Positions 26,122 to 35,251 of a stretch of DNA of 51,746 nucleotides are shown here, one piece after another. The translations under genes and the position numbers were made by a program. Below the pieces are notes generated by a model. The model did not search any database and was not told the origin of the DNA. It saw only the letters and a list, made by a program, of their open reading frames with translations. This stretch comes from an uncultured Gammaproteobacteria bacterium. GTDB lineage: Bacteria; Patescibacteriota; Patescibacteriia; Patescibacteriales; UBA12465. The stretch covers positions 1-51,746 of the forward strand of contig CAZMNE010000002.1 in the NCBI GenBank assembly GCA_964567645.1. The letters run 5' to 3'. How positions within the stretch are numbered: position 1 is the first letter of the stretch; the number at the start of each line of letters is the position of its first letter.

Positions 26122-27165
26122 ATGTTTAATTTTTTAAAAAAATTTACTAGCTTGGGATACGATATTGCTATTGATTTGGGAACTAAAAATACTTTAGTTT
26201 ATGTTAATAATAAGGGAGTTATTATTAATGAGCCCAGTGTTGTAGCCATTAATACTAAAACTACTGAAATTTTAGAAATTGGTCATGAGGCTAAAAAAAT
26301 GGTTGGTAAAACTCCAGCTCATATTCAGGCGGTTAAGCCCTTGGTTGATGGAGTTATTTCTGATTTTGAAATTACTGAAAAAATGTTAAAGCATTTTATT
26401 AATAAAGTTCATGGAGAGGGTTTTTCCTTTTTGCCACGTCCTCGAGTTATTATTGGAATTCCATTAGATATTACTGAGGTGGAAAAGAAGGCTGTAGAGG
26501 ATGCCGCTAAATCAGCTGGCGCTAGAAAAGTTTATTTAATAGAAGAGGTTATGGCCGCAGCCTTAGGAGCCGGTCTCCCAGTTGATAGCCCTCGAGCTAA
26601 TATGATTGTTGATATTGGTGGAGGCACTACTGATATTGCCGTAATTTCTTTATCAGGTGTGGTTTCTTGGAAGTCTTTGCGGCTAGCTGGAAACGAATTA
26701 GATAGTAATATTACCGATTATGTTAGAGATAATTTTAATGTTTTGATCGGAGAACAATTAGCTGAAAAAATAAAAATAAACTTAGCCTCAGTTATTCCCT
26801 TTGATGAAGATAGATCTATGGAAATTAGAGGAAGGGATTTGATTAATGGATTGCCAACTGCTATTACTATTACCGATTCTCAGGTTAGAGAGGCTATTAA
26901 AAAGACAATTATTAAAATAGTTGAAAATATTAAATTAACTTTAGAAGAAACTCCTCCAGAGTTGGTGGCTGATATTTATGAGCATGGTCTTTATTTGAGT
27001 GGCGGTGGAGCCTTGTTGTATGGTTTGGATAAATTAATTTCTAAGGCTACTAAAATCCCAGTGGTTGTTGTAGAGGATCCTCTTTCAGCTATGGTTCGCG
27101 GTTCTGGCAGTTTATTTTCTAATGAAGATTTATTAAAAAAAATTACTTCAATTTTAAGCGCTTAG
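26122..27165 (+). CDS. mreB: Rod shape-determining protein MreB
   Basis: IAIDLGTKNTLVY...NEPSVVA..., DIGGGTTDIAVISL, and LSGGGALL actin-fold motifs. mreC and mreD follow. Confidence 0.95.
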   Translation: MFNFLKKFTSLGYDIAIDLGTKNTLVYVNNKGVIINEPSVVAINTKTTEILEIGHEAKKMVGKTPAHIQAVKPLVDGVISDFEITEKMLKHFINKVHGEGFSFLPRPRVIIGIPLDITEVEKKAVEDAAKSAGARKVYLIEEVMAAALGAGLPVDSPRANMIVDIGGGTTDIAVISLSGVVSWKSLRLAGNELDSNITDYVRDNFNVLIGEQLAEKIKINLASVIPFDEDRSMEIRGRDLINGLPTAITITDSQVREAIKKTIIKIVENIKLTLEETPPELVADIYEHGLYLSGGGALLYGLDKLISKATKIPVVVVEDPLSAMVRGSGSLFSNEDLLKKITSILSA

Positions 27166-27172
27166 TAAAATT

Positions 27173-27982
27173 ATGAATTTTCTTAAAGATAAAAAAAAAT
27201 ATCAATTTTTTTTAGCAGTAATAGTACTGCTTGTTTTTTTAAATATAATTGGATTTTCCTCCTTAGGCCAAAGACTTTTGTTTAAAATAATGTATCCGAG
27301 CAGTTTCTTTATTAAAAATTTTTCTTCATTTTCCTTCTTAGAAACTAAATCAAAATCAGAGTTAATAGAGGATATTTCTAGCTTAGAAAAAGATATTGAG
27401 TCAAGTGAATCGGAATTAGCCAGGCTGTATTCCTTGGAAGAGGAGAATGAAAAATTGCGAAAATATTTAAATTTTTTTGAAGAGAATTCTTATGAGTATG
27501 TTTTAGCTAAGGTTCTCTGGCAGGAAAATTTTTTAAATCTTTCTAGTTTTAACCAAAATATTATTATTAACAAGGGGGAAAGAGATGGCTTAAGAGTTGG
27601 GCTGGCCGTTGTTAATGAAGCTGGTGTTATCATTGGGAAAATAATTGAGGTTAATGAAACTAGTTCTCGAGTTTGTTTGATTAATAATAATTTTTGTAAA
27701 ATGGCAGTATCAATAAATAATTCTAGCTCTAGTATTGGATTAGCTGAGGGAGACTTAGGTTTATCAGTTAAATTAAATTTTGTATCTCAGAATGAAATAG
27801 TAAATGTTGGAGATATAATTATTACCTCTGGCTTAGAAAAAGATATTCCTCGGGGCTTGGCTGTAGCCAGAATAAATAACGTTGAACAAGAGGTTAATGA
27901 TATTTGGCAAAATGTTAATGCTGAGGCATTATTTAATATTAATAATTTAAATATAGTTTCGGTTATAATTCCTAAACAATAA
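27173..27982 (+). CDS. mreC: Rod shape-determining protein MreC
   Basis: N-terminal TM helix, a coiled-coil segment (LARLYSLEEENEKLRKYL), then a beta-rich region with GERDGLRVGLAVVNEAGVIIGKIIEV and ITSGLEKDIPRGLAVARI. Its position after mreB also fits. Confidence 0.8.
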   Translation: MNFLKDKKKYQFFLAVIVLLVFLNIIGFSSLGQRLLFKIMYPSSFFIKNFSSFSFLETKSKSELIEDISSLEKDIESSESELARLYSLEEENEKLRKYLNFFEENSYEYVLAKVLWQENFLNLSSFNQNIIINKGERDGLRVGLAVVNEAGVIIGKIIEVNETSSRVCLINNNFCKMAVSINNSSSSIGLAEGDLGLSVKLNFVSQNEIVNVGDIIITSGLEKDIPRGLAVARINNVEQEVNDIWQNVNAEALFNINNLNIVSVIIPKQ

Positions 27983-27992
27983 TCTTGACATC

Positions 27993-28529
27993 ATGAATAA
28001 GTATTGGAAAATTTTTAAATTATTTTTTTTATCTTTAATTATCGTTTTGATTCAATTGTCTTTTTTTAATTTTTTGCCCGGACCATGGGGGAGAATAAAT
28101 ATTGTTTTATTTTTTGCTATTTGGTTTTTTATTTTTAATAATTTTAATAAGTCATTAATATTTACTTTAATTATTGGTTTTATCTTAGATATTTTTTCTT
28201 TTTATCCTTTCGGAATTTATTCCATTTCTTTTTTATTAACTTTAATATTAGCTAATTTTATTTGGAATAATTTTTTTACCAATAGATCAATTTATTCTTT
28301 TTTATCAATTACGGCGGTTTTTTCCATATTTTTTAATTTATTTTTATATTTTTTGATGTTTTTATTCGAAAAGAATTTTTTTGGTTTATTTTGGTTCGGT
28401 AAATTTTTTTGGTTTAACTTGTTGGTAGAGTTGTTTTGGTTGATTTTTGGCATGATATTGTCTTTTTATTTTTTTAATTCTCAAAAAAAATCTCGTAGCT
28501 CGCTTTCTTTTGATAAAAGCAATTTTTAA
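27993..28529 (+). CDS. mreD: Rod shape-determining protein MreD (polytopic membrane protein)
   Basis: 178-aa protein with 5-6 hydrophobic helices, immediately after mreC. The call rests mainly on synteny and topology. Confidence 0.6.
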   Translation: MNKYWKIFKLFFLSLIIVLIQLSFFNFLPGPWGRINIVLFFAIWFFIFNNFNKSLIFTLIIGFILDIFSFYPFGIYSISFLLTLILANFIWNNFFTNRSIYSFLSITAVFSIFFNLFLYFLMFLFEKNFFGLFWFGKFFWFNLLVELFWLIFGMILSFYFFNSQKKSRSSLSFDKSNF

Positions 28530-28561
28530 TGCTATAATTGTAAATAATTAATTGTTTTATT

Positions 28562-29542
28562 ATGAAATATGATTTTTTAACAATTGGAGGGGTAACCGAA
28601 GATATAGTTTTTTTCACCAAAGAGGGTATTTTGATAGACAATAAAGCTGATATTTTAAGGGAAAAGTTATTGGCTTTTGAATATGGGGCGAAAATTAATA
28701 TTAAAGAATTTGGTCATTATTTTGGCGGGGGAGCCTCTAACTCAGCTATTAACTTATCGGGACTTGGTTTTAAAGTGGCTTGTTTGTCTAAGATCGGAAA
28801 TGATGAACGGGGTTTTAGGATATTAGAAAATTTAGAAAATAATGATATTGAACATAGTTTTGTGAAGGTTGATAAGAGGGGTGATTCTGGTTTTTCTTTT
28901 ATTATAAATAATAAAAAAGATAGAATTATATTTACTTATCGAGGAGCTAACGATAATTTTTTTATTTCTAAAAAACAAGAAAAAATTATTAAATTAGCTA
29001 AGTGGGTTTATTTAACCTCTTTGCCGGTTGATTGTCAGGGAAGTTTAGAAAAAATATTTTTAAATAAAAATAATATTGCCTGGAATCCAGGGATTTCTCA
29101 ATTATCAAAAGGAGTTACTCCGATTAAAAGATTTTTAAAAAATACTGAAATTCTTATTTTAAATAAAGATGAAGCCTTAGAATTAATTAAAAAAACAAAA
29201 AAGTTTTCTAACTTAAAAAATAATTTTTTGAATGATATAAAAAATTTGTTAAAAATTTTAAAAGATTTTGGTCCGACTAAAATAATTTTAACCGATGGGG
29301 TTAGAGGTGCTTATTTTTTTGATGGAGATAATTTTTATCACCAAAAAATAATTAATAATCAAAACAGAATTGATTCTACTGGAGTGGGAGACGCTTTTAG
29401 TTCTACTGTGGTGGGGTGTTTAATAAAGTTTAATAATGATTATAAAAAAGCAATGTATTTAGGAGTGAAAAATGTTTCTTCAGTATTATCTTTTTCCGGG
29501 GCTCAAAATGGTTTATTAAAATTTAAAGAGTTAATAAAATAA
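28562..29542 (+). CDS. PfkB-family carbohydrate kinase (substrate unknown)
   Basis: GGGASNSAINLSGLGF near the N-terminus and the C-terminal ATP/anion-hole motif DSTGVGDAFSS, typical of ribokinase/PfkB kinases. Confidence 0.8.
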   Translation: MKYDFLTIGGVTEDIVFFTKEGILIDNKADILREKLLAFEYGAKINIKEFGHYFGGGASNSAINLSGLGFKVACLSKIGNDERGFRILENLENNDIEHSFVKVDKRGDSGFSFIINNKKDRIIFTYRGANDNFFISKKQEKIIKLAKWVYLTSLPVDCQGSLEKIFLNKNNIAWNPGISQLSKGVTPIKRFLKNTEILILNKDEALELIKKTKKFSNLKNNFLNDIKNLLKILKDFGPTKIILTDGVRGAYFFDGDNFYHQKIINNQNRIDSTGVGDAFSSTVVGCLIKFNNDYKKAMYLGVKNVSSVLSFSGAQNGLLKFKELIK

Positions 29543-29561
29543 TATAATTAATTTTAAAATT

Positions 29562-29996
29562 ATGAAAAATGTTTTTATAATAGAAGATGATATTAATATT
29601 CTTTATGGTTTAAGAGATATTTTTTCTTCTAACGATTACGATGTTGAGACTAGTGATTCTATTGAAGAATTAGAAGATCTTTTGGGTAGAATAAAAAGAT
29701 TTCGGCCTAAAATTATTATTTTGGATTTGGTATTACCAAAATTAGATGGATTAGAAATTATTAAAAGAATTAAAGAGGATGAGGTTGTTTCTGATGCCGA
29801 AATTTTTATCTTTACTGACCTGAGTGATGCTGATGGCAAAAGTCGTAGTGTTGGATTGGGAGCTAATTATTATTTTATGAAAAATGAATTTGATGTTTAT
29901 ACTTTTTCTAATAAGGTTATTAGGCTTATGGAGAGAGATAGTAGTGGGTCTGAGGAGAATGACGATGTCGATTCTAATGATATTGTCATGGATTAA
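29562..29996 (+). CDS. Stand-alone response-regulator receiver domain (CheY-like) with an acidic C-terminal tail
   Basis: IIEDD acidic pocket, phospho-acceptor context IIILDLVLPKLDG, T/S position (IFTD) and K position (YYFMKN). There is no output domain. The tail is SSGSEENDDVDSNDIVMD. Confidence 0.8.
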   Translation: MKNVFIIEDDINILYGLRDIFSSNDYDVETSDSIEELEDLLGRIKRFRPKIIILDLVLPKLDGLEIIKRIKEDEVVSDAEIFIFTDLSDADGKSRSVGLGANYYFMKNEFDVYTFSNKVIRLMERDSSGSEENDDVDSNDIVMD

Positions 29997-30010
29997 TATT
30001 AAGTAAAAAT

Positions 30011-31924
30011 ATGAAAAGAAGAAAAAAATTAATTATTTTTAGTTTGGTTTTTTTAGCAGTTTTGGTTATTATTTTATTTTTAGTTTTTAAAAAGGACAAA
30101 GTAGAATATTCAACAACTGAATTAAAAAAGCAGGACTTAAAGCAAACTGTTAGTGAAATTGGTACTGTTAAGGCTAGTCAAGAAGTGGGATTAAATTTTT
30201 CTCAAGTTGGTAAATTAAAAGAAGTTTATTTTAAGGTTGGAGATCAAGTTGTTGAGGGGGACGTTTTAGCTGAGCTTGATTATTCTTCTTTATTGATAAG
30301 AAAAGAGGAGGCTTTGGCAGCGATTAATATAGCTAAAACTAATCAAGATAAAATAATAAAAGGAGCTTCTTATGAAGATATTGCTGTTTTAGATGCTCAA
30401 GTCAAACAGGCTGAAGGAGCTTATAAGTCAGCTCAAGATGATTTAATTCAGGCTAAAAAACTTGTTTCTGAAAGTATCTATCAGGCTGAGAAAAACCTAA
30501 ACGATTTAAAGTCTCCTAACTCTCAGACCCCCATGGCTATTAAGCAGGCAGTCGAGTCAGCTGAAATTAATCTTTCTAATACCGAAAAAACTAGTCGACA
30601 AAGCATGGAAAATAGTCAAAATTCTTTATTATCTTCCCTTGATTATAATCTTTCGGTTTCTTTGTCGGCCTTGGACGCTGTTAAAAGAATTTTGGAAGAC
30701 AATAATGTTGAACATGTTTTTTCTGCTAAAGATTATTTTTATAAAGTATTAGCGGAAAGATCTTATAGCGAGTCTATAGAGGTTTTACCTCAGATAGAAA
30801 TGTATATTAGAATTGCTAAAGAAAATTCTAGTCAAGAGAATATTAAAAAGGCTTCCGATGAATTGATTTATTTCTTAGAAAAAACTTTTGACACTTTAAA
30901 TAATTGTTTTAGTGCCTTAGAGAATACTATTACTTCTTCGTCTTTTCCTCAGGCCTCTTTAGATGCTTTTAAAGCTAGTATTAACACTAATAAAGGTTAT
31001 GTTAATTCTTCGATTTTGGCGGTGCAAACTTCTTATTTTAGTTTTTCTAATTCTGTTTTAAATTATGCTACTAGCGTTTCTAGCGCCGAAGATAATTTAA
31101 ATCGGGCTAAAGCGTCTTTAAGTGATGCTATTTCTAGTGCTGAAAATAATTTAAGTTTAGTTAGGATAAACAGTGATCAGCAAATAATTTCAGCCGAAGC
31201 TAGGGTAGATTCTACTAAAAAATCTTATGAAGTGGCTAAGCTACAATTAATTAAATTAAAAACCCCGGCCAAGTCTGATGATTTAAAATTAGCTCAATCT
31301 CAAGTTGATCAAGCTTTGGCTAGCTTAAGTTTAATAGAAAAGCAAATAGAGGAAAATAAAATTAAAGCCCCAATCAATGGAAAGATTACTAAAATTAATT
31401 ATGAAATTGGAGAACAAATTAGTGGTGCTAGTCCAGTGATTAATTTATTAACAGAAAATAATTTTGAAATAGAGGTATATATTTCTGAGTCTGACATTTC
31501 TAAAATAAAAATAGATAACGAGGCTTTGGTAAATTTTGATGCCTTCGGGGATGAATATAAAATTTTAGGGCATGTTTATTTTGTAGAGCCAGCTGCTACT
31601 TCTATATCCGATGTTATTTATTATAAAATTAAAATAAACTTTCCTGAAGATGAGTTAAACAAAAATGGCTTTATTATCAAGTCTGGCATGACGGCTAATG
31701 TTGATATTATCACTAATTACAAAAAAGATGTTTTGGTTTTATCTTCAAGAACAGTATTATTGAGAAATGGTGGAGATAGATATGTCAGGGTATTGGATGG
31801 AAAAGATGTAAAAGAGGTTCCAGTTAAAGTTGGAATTTCTGGTGATCAGGCTATGGTAGAAGTTATTTCTGAAGATTTAAAAGAGGGTGATATTATAGTT
31901 ACGGCTATTAAAAGTGGTAAATAA
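30011..31924 (+). CDS. HlyD/MacA-family periplasmic adaptor (membrane fusion protein) with a greatly expanded helical insert
   Basis: N-terminal TM anchor. Split lipoyl halves are GKLKEVYFKVGDQVVEGDVLAELD (about aa 67-90) and IKAPINGKITKINYEIGEQ (about aa 451-469). C-terminal beta-barrel and membrane-proximal regions are present. About 360 aa of Ser/Ala/Asn/Gln-rich helical sequence lie between the halves. Confidence 0.8.
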   Translation: MKRRKKLIIFSLVFLAVLVIILFLVFKKDKVEYSTTELKKQDLKQTVSEIGTVKASQEVGLNFSQVGKLKEVYFKVGDQVVEGDVLAELDYSSLLIRKEEALAAINIAKTNQDKIIKGASYEDIAVLDAQVKQAEGAYKSAQDDLIQAKKLVSESIYQAEKNLNDLKSPNSQTPMAIKQAVESAEINLSNTEKTSRQSMENSQNSLLSSLDYNLSVSLSALDAVKRILEDNNVEHVFSAKDYFYKVLAERSYSESIEVLPQIEMYIRIAKENSSQENIKKASDELIYFLEKTFDTLNNCFSALENTITSSSFPQASLDAFKASINTNKGYVNSSILAVQTSYFSFSNSVLNYATSVSSAEDNLNRAKASLSDAISSAENNLSLVRINSDQQIISAEARVDSTKKSYEVAKLQLIKLKTPAKSDDLKLAQSQVDQALASLSLIEKQIEENKIKAPINGKITKINYEIGEQISGASPVINLLTENNFEIEVYISESDISKIKIDNEALVNFDAFGDEYKILGHVYFVEPAATSISDVIYYKIKINFPEDELNKNGFIIKSGMTANVDIITNYKKDVLVLSSRTVLLRNGGDRYVRVLDGKDVKEVPVKVGISGDQAMVEVISEDLKEGDIIVTAIKSGK

Positions 31925-31936
31925 TATTTCAAAATT

Positions 31937-32650
31937 ATGTTAATTAGGATTAAGGATTTAAAAAAGGAATATTCTTCTAGTGACGTTGTTACTAAGGTTT
32001 TGCATGGGATTTCTTTTGATATTAAGGCCGGAGAATTTGTTTCTATAATGGGCCCTTCTGGCTCTGGTAAATCAACTTTGATGCATATTTTAGGGCTATT
32101 AGATCGTCTCAGTAGTGGTGTCTACGAGTTTGCTGGAGAAGATGTTAGTAAGATGGATGATGATCAATTAGCTTCTTTTAGGAATGAAAAGATAGGATTT
32201 GTTTTTCAGTCCTTTAATCTTTTATCAAAAACTTCGGTTCTCGATAATGTTATTTTGCCCTTGACTTACTCTAGTAATAGAAAAAATATGGTGGACAGGG
32301 CTAAAAAGGTTTTAACTGAAGTAGGGCTTTCTCATCGTTTTGATTATTACACTAATCAAATTTCTGGAGGAGAGAAACAAAGAGTTGCTATTGCTCGGGC
32401 CTTAGTTAATGAGCCTTCGGTTATTTTTGCTGATGAGCCGACAGGTAATTTAGATTCAAAATCCGGTATTCAAATTATGCAAATTTTACAAAAGTTAAAC
32501 GAAGAAGGAAATACTATTATTTTAGTTACCCACGAAACTTATACAGCCGAACATGCCAAGAGAATTATTAAAATTAAGGATGGTTTAATTGTTAGCGATG
32601 AAGAGGTAAAAAATAGAAAAATTGCTCAAGATGGTATGATTTTAAAATAA
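31937..32650 (+). CDS. ABC transporter ATP-binding protein, MacB/LolD-type
   Basis: Walker [11 protein letters not shown]-loop, FVFQSFNLL, signature [14 protein letters not shown], Walker [13 protein letters not shown], and H-loop VTHE. Confidence 0.95.
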   Translation: MLIRIKDLKKEYSSSDVVTKVLHGISFDIKAGEFVSIMGPSGSGKSTLMHILGLLDRLSSGVYEFAGEDVSKMDDDQLASFRNEKIGFVFQSFNLLSKTSVLDNVILPLTYSSNRKNMVDRAKKVLTEVGLSHRFDYYTNQISGGEKQRVAIARALVNEPSVIFADEPTGNLDSKSGIQIMQILQKLNEEGNTIILVTHETYTAEHAKRIIKIKDGLIVSDEEVKNRKIAQDGMILK

Positions 32651-32651
32651 C

Positions 32652-33908
32652 ATGAATTTTTTATCATTAAAACAAGCTTTTAGAACCTCAATTAAAGCTC
32701 TTAAGGCTAATAAAGCTCGGAGCTTTTTAACTATGCTAGGAATTATAATTGGAGTAGCTTCTGTTATTATAATAATGTCTGTTGGGGCTGGGGCTCAAAG
32801 TTTAATATTGGGCCAAATTGAAGGACTGGGAACTAATTTAGTTTCTATTACACCTGGTAAATCTGATAATCAGGGACCTCCAACTTCTGTTTTTGGTATT
32901 ATAGTTACTTCCTTGAGCTTAGATGATCTTAGAAGTATTGAGAAAAGTAGTAATGACTTAGAAATAGAAGCTGTCACTGCTTATGTTAATGGAGTTGGCA
33001 CAGTTTCTTTTAAAAATAATTTTTATGATACAAACCTAGAGGGAGTAACTCAGGCATATTTAGAAGTTGAGGGAGGAGAATTATCTTCAGGTCGTTTTTT
33101 TAGTGAAGAGGAAAATGACAGTCTATCCAGGGTTGCTATTCTTGGTTATGCTGTTAAACAGGAATTATTTGGAGATTCTGATCCAATTGGACAAAAAATA
33201 AAAATTAAGAAGCAAATTTTTGATGTTATTGGCGTTCTAGAAGAAAGGGGACAGGTTGCTTTTAGGGACTATGACAACAAAGTTCTCTTGCCTTTAAAGA
33301 CCATGCAAAAGAATATTGCTGGAATAAATTATTTAAACGATATAAGTATTAGAGTTAGCGAATCGGCTGATATCGATGATGTTATTTTCAATATTGAGAA
33401 TATAGTTAGAGATAATCATGGTATTAAGGATCAAAGCGGCGATAGCGATGATTTTTCAGTCAGAAGTTTAACAGAGTTATTGGATTTAGTTAAAAACATT
33501 ACTAATGCTTTAAAATATTTTTTAGCTTTAATGGCCAGTCTTTCTTTGGTTGTTGGGGGTATTGGCATTATGAATATTATGCTTATTAGTGTTAATGAAA
33601 GAACTAGAGAAATTGGTCTTAGAAAAGCTTTGGGGGCTACTAATAAAAACATTACTAATCAATTTTTGTTAGAGGCAATTTTTTTAACATTAATTGGTGG
33701 AATTATTGGGGTCATATCGGGGGTATTTTTTTCATGGATAATCTCGATTATTATGAAAACTCTTAATTATGATTGGTCTTTCAAGGTGGGATTATTTTCT
33801 ATTATTTTGGCCGTGACTATTTCAGCCTTGATTGGCCTTGTATTTGGTATTTATCCAGCTAAAAAAGCTAGTAAATTAGAGCCAGTGGAGGCCTTAAGTT
33901 ACGAATAA
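32652..33908 (+). CDS. ABC transporter permease, MacB-type (MacB_PCD + FtsX domain), copy 1
   Basis: TM1 (SFLTMLGIIIGVASVI), a large extracytoplasmic domain of about 230 aa, the FtsX 3-TM bundle with ERTREIGLRKALGA, and a C-terminal PAKKASKLEPVEAL. 418 aa. Confidence 0.9.
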   Translation: MNFLSLKQAFRTSIKALKANKARSFLTMLGIIIGVASVIIIMSVGAGAQSLILGQIEGLGTNLVSITPGKSDNQGPPTSVFGIIVTSLSLDDLRSIEKSSNDLEIEAVTAYVNGVGTVSFKNNFYDTNLEGVTQAYLEVEGGELSSGRFFSEEENDSLSRVAILGYAVKQELFGDSDPIGQKIKIKKQIFDVIGVLEERGQVAFRDYDNKVLLPLKTMQKNIAGINYLNDISIRVSESADIDDVIFNIENIVRDNHGIKDQSGDSDDFSVRSLTELLDLVKNITNALKYFLALMASLSLVVGGIGIMNIMLISVNERTREIGLRKALGATNKNITNQFLLEAIFLTLIGGIIGVISGVFFSWIISIIMKTLNYDWSFKVGLFSIILAVTISALIGLVFGIYPAKKASKLEPVEALSYE

Positions 33909-33919
33909 TTATTTAAAAT

Positions 33920-35176
33920 ATGAGAATAAAAGAAGTTGTTAGGCTATCATTAATATCAATGTTAAAAAATAAGATGAGGACCACATTAACTGTTTTAGGT
34001 ATGGTTATTGGAATTGCCAGCATTGTCATAGTATTCTCAGCTGGAGAGGGGATTAGTAGTCTGATAGTCGGCCAAATTGAAGCCTTTGGAACTAATGTTA
34101 TTCAAACAGAAATAAAAGTTCCTAATGCTAAGAAAGGAAATCAAGCTGATAGTGAGAGCGCCGGAGCTATGGCCAGTGGAGTTCAAATAACAACTTTAAA
34201 CGAGAAAGATTTAGAGGATATAAAAAGAATTCCCAATATTAGTGGGGGCTACGGAGCTATTTTAAATCAAGAGACGGTTAACTATTTAAACGAAACTAAA
34301 AAAGCTTTTTTATTTGGAGTTGGCCCAGATTATATAAATATTGATAAATCAGAATTAGCTAGTGGATATTTCTTTTCAGATTCAGACAATAGATCTTTAT
34401 CACAAGTAGCAGTTTTAAGTTATAAAATAGCTCAGGATATTTTTGGTGACGACGATCCAATAGGTAAAATTATAACTATAAAAAGAAGTCGTTTTGAAGT
34501 TATTGGCGTTTTAAAGGAAAGAGGTTCAATGGTTGGTTTTGATTTTGATTCTATGATCTTATTACCAGTAAAGACTCTCCAGAAAAAAATTATGGGAATT
34601 GATTATTTTATGTATACTGTCCATTCTGTAGTTGATCCAGATATTGCTGAAGATACCGCTGAAACAATGAGAGAAATTTTACGAGAAAATCATGATATTT
34701 CTGACCCTGATAGAGATGATTTTAGGGTTACTACCATGAAAGAGATGTTAAAGATGTCAAAAGATATTACTAATAGCTTAACTATTTTATTATTATTGAT
34801 TGTGATTATTTCTTTAATTGTTGGTGGGGTTGGAATATTAAATGTTATGTATGTGGTTGTTTCTGAAAGAACACCGGAGATTGGTTTGCGCAAGGCGGTT
34901 GGAGCAAAATTTTCTGATATTATGAAGCAATTTTTAATTGAGTCTGTTTTAATAACTTTAATTGGAGCTATTATTGGAATAATCTTAGGAATTTTAGCTT
35001 CTTTTTTAATTTGTTTAGGAGCTAATTATTTCGGCTTGGAATGGAAGTTTTCTGTTCCCTTAAAAGCTTTTTTGGTGGCAATATTATTTGCTTTATTTTT
35101 TGGAGTAATTTTTGGACTCTTTCCAGCTAGAAAAGCTGGTCGGCTTGATCCAGTAGAAGCCCTAAGAAAAGAATAA
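33920..35176 (+). CDS. ABC transporter permease, MacB-type (MacB_PCD + FtsX domain), copy 2
   Basis: Same architecture as copy 1 (ERTPEIGLRKAVGA; PARKAGRLDPVEAL). It is also exactly 418 aa but clearly diverged, so it is a paralog. Confidence 0.9.
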   Translation: MRIKEVVRLSLISMLKNKMRTTLTVLGMVIGIASIVIVFSAGEGISSLIVGQIEAFGTNVIQTEIKVPNAKKGNQADSESAGAMASGVQITTLNEKDLEDIKRIPNISGGYGAILNQETVNYLNETKKAFLFGVGPDYINIDKSELASGYFFSDSDNRSLSQVAVLSYKIAQDIFGDDDPIGKIITIKRSRFEVIGVLKERGSMVGFDFDSMILLPVKTLQKKIMGIDYFMYTVHSVVDPDIAEDTAETMREILRENHDISDPDRDDFRVTTMKEMLKMSKDITNSLTILLLLIVIISLIVGGVGILNVMYVVVSERTPEIGLRKAVGAKFSDIMKQFLIESVLITLIGAIIGIILGILASFLICLGANYFGLEWKFSVPLKAFLVAILFALFFGVIFGLFPARKAGRLDPVEALRKE

Positions 35177-35192
35177 TCTTTTATTGTTTTAA

Positions 35193-35221
35193 TTGACTAA
35201 AATCAAATAAAGGGCTAATAT
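35193..35221 (+). promoter_or_regulatory. Sigma70-like promoter upstream of the second mreB
   Basis: TTGACT (35193-35198), a 17-nt spacer, then TAATAT (35216-35221), inside the 75-nt gap after the permease gene. Confidence 0.45.
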
Positions 35222-35251
35222 ATTTATATTGTTTAATCTAATTTTAAATAT

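Noticed and set aside
27993-28529. The extremely T-rich, Phe/Leu/Ile-dominated ORF after mreC, considered as possibly non-coding or degenerate.
   Set aside because: It stays open for 178 codons in AT-rich DNA, has the usual start context, has 5-6 evenly spaced hydrophobic helices, and sits exactly where mreD belongs. I kept it as mreD at moderate confidence.
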